Positions 59,616-64,000 of a DNA stretch of 64,000 nucleotides are shown one piece after another. The notes beneath the pieces are model-generated. The model searched no databases, was not told the DNA's origin, and saw nothing but the letters and a program-made list of their open reading frames with translations. A program made the position numbers and the translations under genes. Positions within the stretch are counted from its first letter, which is position 1. Every line of letters begins with the position of its first letter. This DNA is from Patescibacteria group bacterium (GTDB taxonomy: Bacteria; Patescibacteriota; Doudnabacteria; UBA920), in the NCBI GenBank assembly GCA_013387205.1, contig WARV01000008.1, forward strand, positions 128,136-192,135, written 5' to 3'.

Positions 59616-61292
59616 ATGGATATAACCAAAAAAATTGGCTTGCTAAACCAAGCAACGCTGGAATCTCTCAAAGACCTTGATAATAACGACGTGATTGAGA
59701 AATTCAATATAATGGCCTTAAAAATTTTAGAGGCTGATTTTGGTTTTACTTTCTGGAAAGAGGAAGGAAATAAATCTTATAAACTGGCCTACAAAAGCCC
59801 TAACACCCCTTACGAACCGCGCCTTCCCAGGAAAAAAGGCTATAATTTCAAAGTGGAAAAAACAAACAAGCCTTACATGGGAAACGTGAAAAAAGAAAAG
59901 CTTCCCGAATACGATTTAACGCCATACATGAAAAGCATCATGATAATTCCTATCTTTTATAAAAGAAGGTACGGGAATTTTGTTTTATGCTATAAAAAAA
60001 AGCATGTTTTCACCAACCAAGAAAAAAGCCTAGCGATTTCCGTCGGAAACGCAGCAGCCCAGGCCATTACCATAAATAGGCTGTTTAAAAACCAAAAAAA
60101 ATTCAATACCAAGCTGGAAAACCTGGTCCAAGATAGGACAGCCGAACTTATAAAAGACAAAGCTAAAGACAAGGCTTTATTGGCGAGCATTGGCGAGGGG
60201 ATAATTGCCACTGATACCGAAGCAAAAATATTTTTGGTCAATTCCCATGCTGAAGAAATTTTCGGCAAAAGCAAAAAGGAGCTGGTTGGCCAGTCGCTTT
60301 TGGACGTACAGCCTTTATTTGAAGAAAACGGGAAAGAAGTCGAGCGGGAAAACCGTCCTACATATAAGTTATTGAAAAGCGGCCTTAAAGCCAAGATTAA
60401 AGTGAAGAATTATTACGTCGTAAGAAAAGACGGGACAAGAATCCCTGTGTCCATTACGGTTTCTCCCATTAAGCATAATGGCAGGCTGGAAGGAGCCATT
60501 GAGGTTATCCATGACATCGTCAAAGAAAAAGAAATGGATAAAGCCAAAAGCGAACTAATTTCCCTGGCAAGCCACCAATTACGCACCCCGCTTTCCGCCA
60601 TCAACTGGTACGCGGAAGTGCTGTTAAAAGAAGAATTGGGGAAACTTAACCCTGAGCAAAAAAGGTATTTGGGGGAAATCAGCAATGCCAACAAGAAAAT
60701 GATTGAACTGGTTTACGACTTTTTGAACGTTTCCAGGATAGAGCTCGGCACTTTCCAGGTTAAATTCAGCGAGTTGGACATAAAAGAAACGGCCGAAGGA
60801 GTAATTAAGGAAGTCATGCCTTTAATCTTGTACAAAAAGATTAAACTGACGGAAAAATACAGGCCGGGCCTTGAAAAATTAATGGCAGACAAAAAAATCT
60901 TAAGGATTATTTTGCAAAACCTGTTGTCCAATGCCGCAAAATATACCCCGAATAAGGGAAAAGTTTCCATGGAAATTTCCTTGAAGCAAAGAGCGAAAAA
61001 TAAAAGCTCTCTTTATATAGAAGTTCGCGACAATGGTTACGGCATCCCCAAAGAGCACCAACAAAAAATATTCACCAAGCTTTTCAGGGCGGACAATGTG
61101 GCCAAGATGGATACGGAAGGCAGCGGACTGGGGCTATATCTGGTCAAATCTTTGGTTGATTTTTGCCAGGGTGAGGTGTGGTTCAAGTCATCGCAAAATA
61201 AAGGGACTACTTTTTTTGTTGACCTGCCTTTCGGCGTCTGGGGAAAACCGGCAAAGGACTTCAAGCCCCAGCAGGAAACCGTTAAAATTTAA
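59616..61292 (+). CDS. GAF-PAS sensor histidine kinase
   Basis: SHQLRTPL H-box, NLLSNAAKYT, DNGYGIP, FTKLFRA, GSGLGL. Confidence 0.95.
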   Translation: MDITKKIGLLNQATLESLKDLDNNDVIEKFNIMALKILEADFGFTFWKEEGNKSYKLAYKSPNTPYEPRLPRKKGYNFKVEKTNKPYMGNVKKEKLPEYDLTPYMKSIMIIPIFYKRRYGNFVLCYKKKHVFTNQEKSLAISVGNAAAQAITINRLFKNQKKFNTKLENLVQDRTAELIKDKAKDKALLASIGEGIIATDTEAKIFLVNSHAEEIFGKSKKELVGQSLLDVQPLFEENGKEVERENRPTYKLLKSGLKAKIKVKNYYVVRKDGTRIPVSITVSPIKHNGRLEGAIEVIHDIVKEKEMDKAKSELISLASHQLRTPLSAINWYAEVLLKEELGKLNPEQKRYLGEISNANKKMIELVYDFLNVSRIELGTFQVKFSELDIKETAEGVIKEVMPLILYKKIKLTEKYRPGLEKLMADKKILRIILQNLLSNAAKYTPNKGKVSMEISLKQRAKNKSSLYIEVRDNGYGIPKEHQQKIFTKLFRADNVAKMDTEGSGLGLYLVKSLVDFCQGEVWFKSSQNKGTTFFVDLPFGVWGKPAKDFKPQQETVKI

Positions 61293-61369
61293 ACAAGAAC
61301 CTATACGAAAAATTCTTTTAAATTATTTTTCGCAAAGGTTATAAATAATTATTTTTAAATTAATTTTCC

Positions 61370-61753
61370 ATGAAAGATTCCCAAAAAAAAATCCTTATCG
61401 TGGAAGATGAAAAAACCCTGCTCCTGGTCCTGTCGGAAAAATTCAAAAGGGAGGGGTTTAAAGTCTTCGAGGCAGGAGATGGCGAAGAGGGGCTGGCCAG
61501 CGCCAAAAAAAACAAGCCCCATTTGATAATTTTGGATATTGTCATGCCCAGCATGGACGGACTGACAATGCTAAAAAAGCTTCGGGAAGACAAATGGGGC
61601 AACAGCGTGCCGGTTTTAATCCTAAGCAACCTCAGCGACCCGCAGCAGATTAACGAAGCCACGGGAAGAGGAGCGGTTGAGTATCTGGTAAAAAGCAACT
61701 GGGGACTGGACGACGTCGTGGAAAAAGCAGAACAGACGTTAAATAAAAAATAA
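61370..61753 (+). CDS. Single-domain response regulator receiver
   Basis: ILIVEDE, ILDIVMP, LSN, YLVK; paralog of 53306-53722. Confidence 0.93.
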   Translation: MKDSQKKILIVEDEKTLLLVLSEKFKREGFKVFEAGDGEEGLASAKKNKPHLIILDIVMPSMDGLTMLKKLREDKWGNSVPVLILSNLSDPQQINEATGRGAVEYLVKSNWGLDDVVEKAEQTLNKK

Positions 61754-61836
61754 TTCACTAATTCCAAAATACAAACTGAATCCGCGAAAAATATTTTTCG
61801 CGGATTCTCACGTAACTGCGTTTTCACTGAACAATT

Positions 61837-63345
61837 ATGAACAAACCACTGCTTCTTGTTATCCTTGACGGCTGGGGCTACCGCGAAGAAATAAAAAACA
61901 ATGCCATTGCCCAGGCTAATATCCCGTATTTTAAATCGCTGTGGGAAAACTATCCCCACAGCCTTTTAAGAGCATCTGGTTCCGCAGTCGGCTTGCCAGA
62001 CGGGCAAATGGGCAATAGCGAAGTCGGACATACTATTATAGGCGCCGGAAAAATCATTTACACTGACCTTGCAAGGATAAACAAAGCCATAGAAGAAAAC
62101 CAGTTCGAAAACAATGAAGCGTTCAAGAAACTTTTTGACCATGTCAAAAAGCACAACTCGACGCTTCATGTAAAAGGACTGGCCAGCGACGGGGGAGTAC
62201 ACAGCCATTTAGACCACTTGTACGCGTTTATAAAAGCCGCTGAAAAAGCCGGGATAAGCAAAATCGCCATACATGCCTTCACTGACGGGCGTGACACGCC
62301 TCCGCAAAGCTCCCACCAATACCTGGTTGAGCTTGAAAAAATTTTGGAAGAAGCGGGAATAGGGCAAATCGCCACGGTTACGGGCAGGTTTTATGCCATG
62401 GACCGCGATAATAACTGGCATCGCACTGACAAAGCCGAACAAGCTATATTCAAAGCCCAAGGGAAAACTTTTGGGAGCGAAAAACCGTCTGTAGTGGTCA
62501 AAAAATTATACGAAGAAGGCTTGACCGACGAATTACTGGAACCGATTGTCTTTTTGGACGAAACCGGCAACAGCTGGGTAATCTCAAAAAACGACGGGGT
62601 ATTTTTCTTTAATTTCCGGCCCGACCGCGCCAAACAGATTTCTAAAAAAATTCTGGAAAAGAAAGATGAACTGAACCTGTGTTTTGCCACCTTAACCCAG
62701 TACGATAAAGATTTTGATTGTTTAGTTGCTTTTCCGCCTATTCCCGCTACCGCCACGCTAGCCGGCGAGCTGGACAAAGCCGGACTCAAGCAAGCCCATG
62801 TTGCGGAAACGGAAAAATTCGCCCACGTCACTTATTTTTTTAATGGCGGCAAAAAGGACGAACACTTAAACGAAAAACATATATTAATCAACAGCCGGAA
62901 AGACATTGAGACGCACGACCAATCGCCGAAAATGATGGCCAAAGAAGTGGCTGACGAGACAATAAAGGCAATCGCCCAAGGCTGCGACTTTATCCTGGTT
63001 AACTTTGCCAACGCGGACATGGTTGGCCACACCGCCAATTCCGCTGCGATAATTGAAGCGGTGGAAGAAGTGGATGTACAACTCAAAAGGATTACGGAGT
63101 TTCTGCAAGAAAAAGGAGGCACCGCGATAGTAACCGCAGACCACGGCAATGCCGAAGTTAATATAGATAAAAACGGATTGCCGCACACTGCCCATACCAC
63201 CAATCCAGTCCCGTTTATCATAACAAAAAAAGGGCTTAAGCTTAATGACGGAAGCCTGGCGGATATCGCCCCGACCATCATGGATTTATTGCAATTGGAT
63301 AAGCCTTTGGGTATGACCGGGAACAGCTTGATTAAACACTCTTAG
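61837..63345 (+). CDS. gpmI: 2,3-bisphosphoglycerate-independent phosphoglycerate mutase
   Basis: ILDGWG, MGNSEVGH, DGGVHSH, GRFYAMDRD, AETEK, DMVGHT, TADHGNAE. Confidence 0.98.
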   Translation: MNKPLLLVILDGWGYREEIKNNAIAQANIPYFKSLWENYPHSLLRASGSAVGLPDGQMGNSEVGHTIIGAGKIIYTDLARINKAIEENQFENNEAFKKLFDHVKKHNSTLHVKGLASDGGVHSHLDHLYAFIKAAEKAGISKIAIHAFTDGRDTPPQSSHQYLVELEKILEEAGIGQIATVTGRFYAMDRDNNWHRTDKAEQAIFKAQGKTFGSEKPSVVVKKLYEEGLTDELLEPIVFLDETGNSWVISKNDGVFFFNFRPDRAKQISKKILEKKDELNLCFATLTQYDKDFDCLVAFPPIPATATLAGELDKAGLKQAHVAETEKFAHVTYFFNGGKKDEHLNEKHILINSRKDIETHDQSPKMMAKEVADETIKAIAQGCDFILVNFANADMVGHTANSAAIIEAVEEVDVQLKRITEFLQEKGGTAIVTADHGNAEVNIDKNGLPHTAHTTNPVPFIITKKGLKLNDGSLADIAPTIMDLLQLDKPLGMTGNSLIKHS

Positions 63346-63371
63346 TAAAATATTCCGTCATATTAAATATT

Positions 63372-64000
63372 ATGGACCAAGAACTTAAAGACCAAAAAGA
63401 CACAGAAGAAGAAGCCGCAAAAAGCGACAAAAAAAGTTTTGTGGCAAGATTGATATTGGCAGTCCTGGTTCTATTGATTATTGGCGGGACAGTATATTTG
63501 ATATACAACAGGAAACCAGCTAACAACACTTCCAACGAAACGGCAGACAGCATAAGGAACGCGTTCCAAACTCCTCCCGGCAACCAAAATTCCAATCCCT
63601 CAGGAGCCGCGACGTTTACCCCTCCAAATCCTACCGTGGCTACGCCAACCCCTCCGCAAATTTCACAACCAACGAACCCGCAACCAAGCACGCGCCAAAA
63701 CACCGCCCAGCCGAGAGGTTCAAGCCCGTCTTCAGGAATAGCACAAAGCAAGCCCAAACCAAGCACAAGCGTTCCAAGAACAACTACTCCGGCTGTTCCC
63801 GTGGTATACAGCGACCAAACCCGCAATTTCCAATTGAGGCTGCCTGCTAACTGGGCAATCGGCAGCAACCCAAACCCGGATGTCATTACGGTCTTTAACC
63901 GCCAAACCGGACAAATGATAGGATATGTAGAAATTTATAACAACAGCGGCGAGACGCTCGGTAGCTTGTCAGAAATTTTCCAGGGCAGCCCATCCGTAAC
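63372..64000 (+). CDS. Membrane-anchored Pro/Thr-rich surface protein (3' truncated by window)
   Basis: Open frame from ATG 63372 to window end: MDQELKD..., TM helix LILAVLVLLIIGGTVYLIY, Pro/Thr/Ser linker, FQLRLPANW. Confidence 0.8.
   Translation, partial: MDQELKDQKDTEEEAAKSDKKSFVARLILAVLVLLIIGGTVYLIYNRKPANNTSNETADSIRNAFQTPPGNQNSNPSGAATFTPPNPTVATPTPPQISQPTNPQPSTRQNTAQPRGSSPSSGIAQSKPKPSTSVPRTTTPAVPVVYSDQTRNFQLRLPANWAIGSNPNPDVITVFNRQTGQMIGYVEIYNNSGETLGSLSEIFQGSPSV

Noticed and set aside
63332-63886. 184-aa minus-strand ORF
   Set aside because: It is the antisense shadow of the plus-strand ORF starting at 63372, which runs off the window end.

Overview
A 64 kb stretch of bacterial chromosome, about 40% GC by eye, using genetic code 11 (TGA is a stop; tRNA-Trp has CCA). 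Gene content suggests Patescibacteria (CPR); this is inferred from archaeal-type UMP kinase, short EF-Ts, ThrRS without a TGS domain, GT39 genes, GxxExxY and housekeeping genes without Shine-Dalgarno (SD) sites. Core genes: pheT (3' part), gyrB, greA, lysS, serS, pyrH, rplU, recR, dnaB, dus, cysS, two adk-like genes, map, thrS, dnaE, rodA, rplY, prmC, prfA, rpmE, rpsB, tsf, ahcY, rpmG and gpmI. There are four tRNAs, surface glycosylation genes and a signalling cluster (PAS-GGDEF-EAL, histidine kinase, two receivers). The non-coding DNA is the most interesting part. (1) thrS has an atypical T-box-like riboswitch with an ACC codon in a short apical loop and an antiterminator/terminator switch, and a GIY-YIG ORF fills the loop of a 20-bp stem inside it. 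(2) Three unrelated small nuclease genes (GIY-YIG, GxxExxY, DUF559) are each bracketed by inverted repeats that would loop them out of the mRNA; similar empty hairpins precede many core genes. (3) Several dispersed palindromic repeat families occur, some inserted in frame in prmC, dus and recR. (4) A GC-rich, hairpin-dense ~650 nt unit has a perfect sigma70 promoter and a terminator. (5) There is a structured element duplicating the 3' end of tRNA-Tyr, an ORF overlapping tRNA-Trp, and an unannotated protamine-like peptide. All calls are by eye; no searches or folding programs were run.
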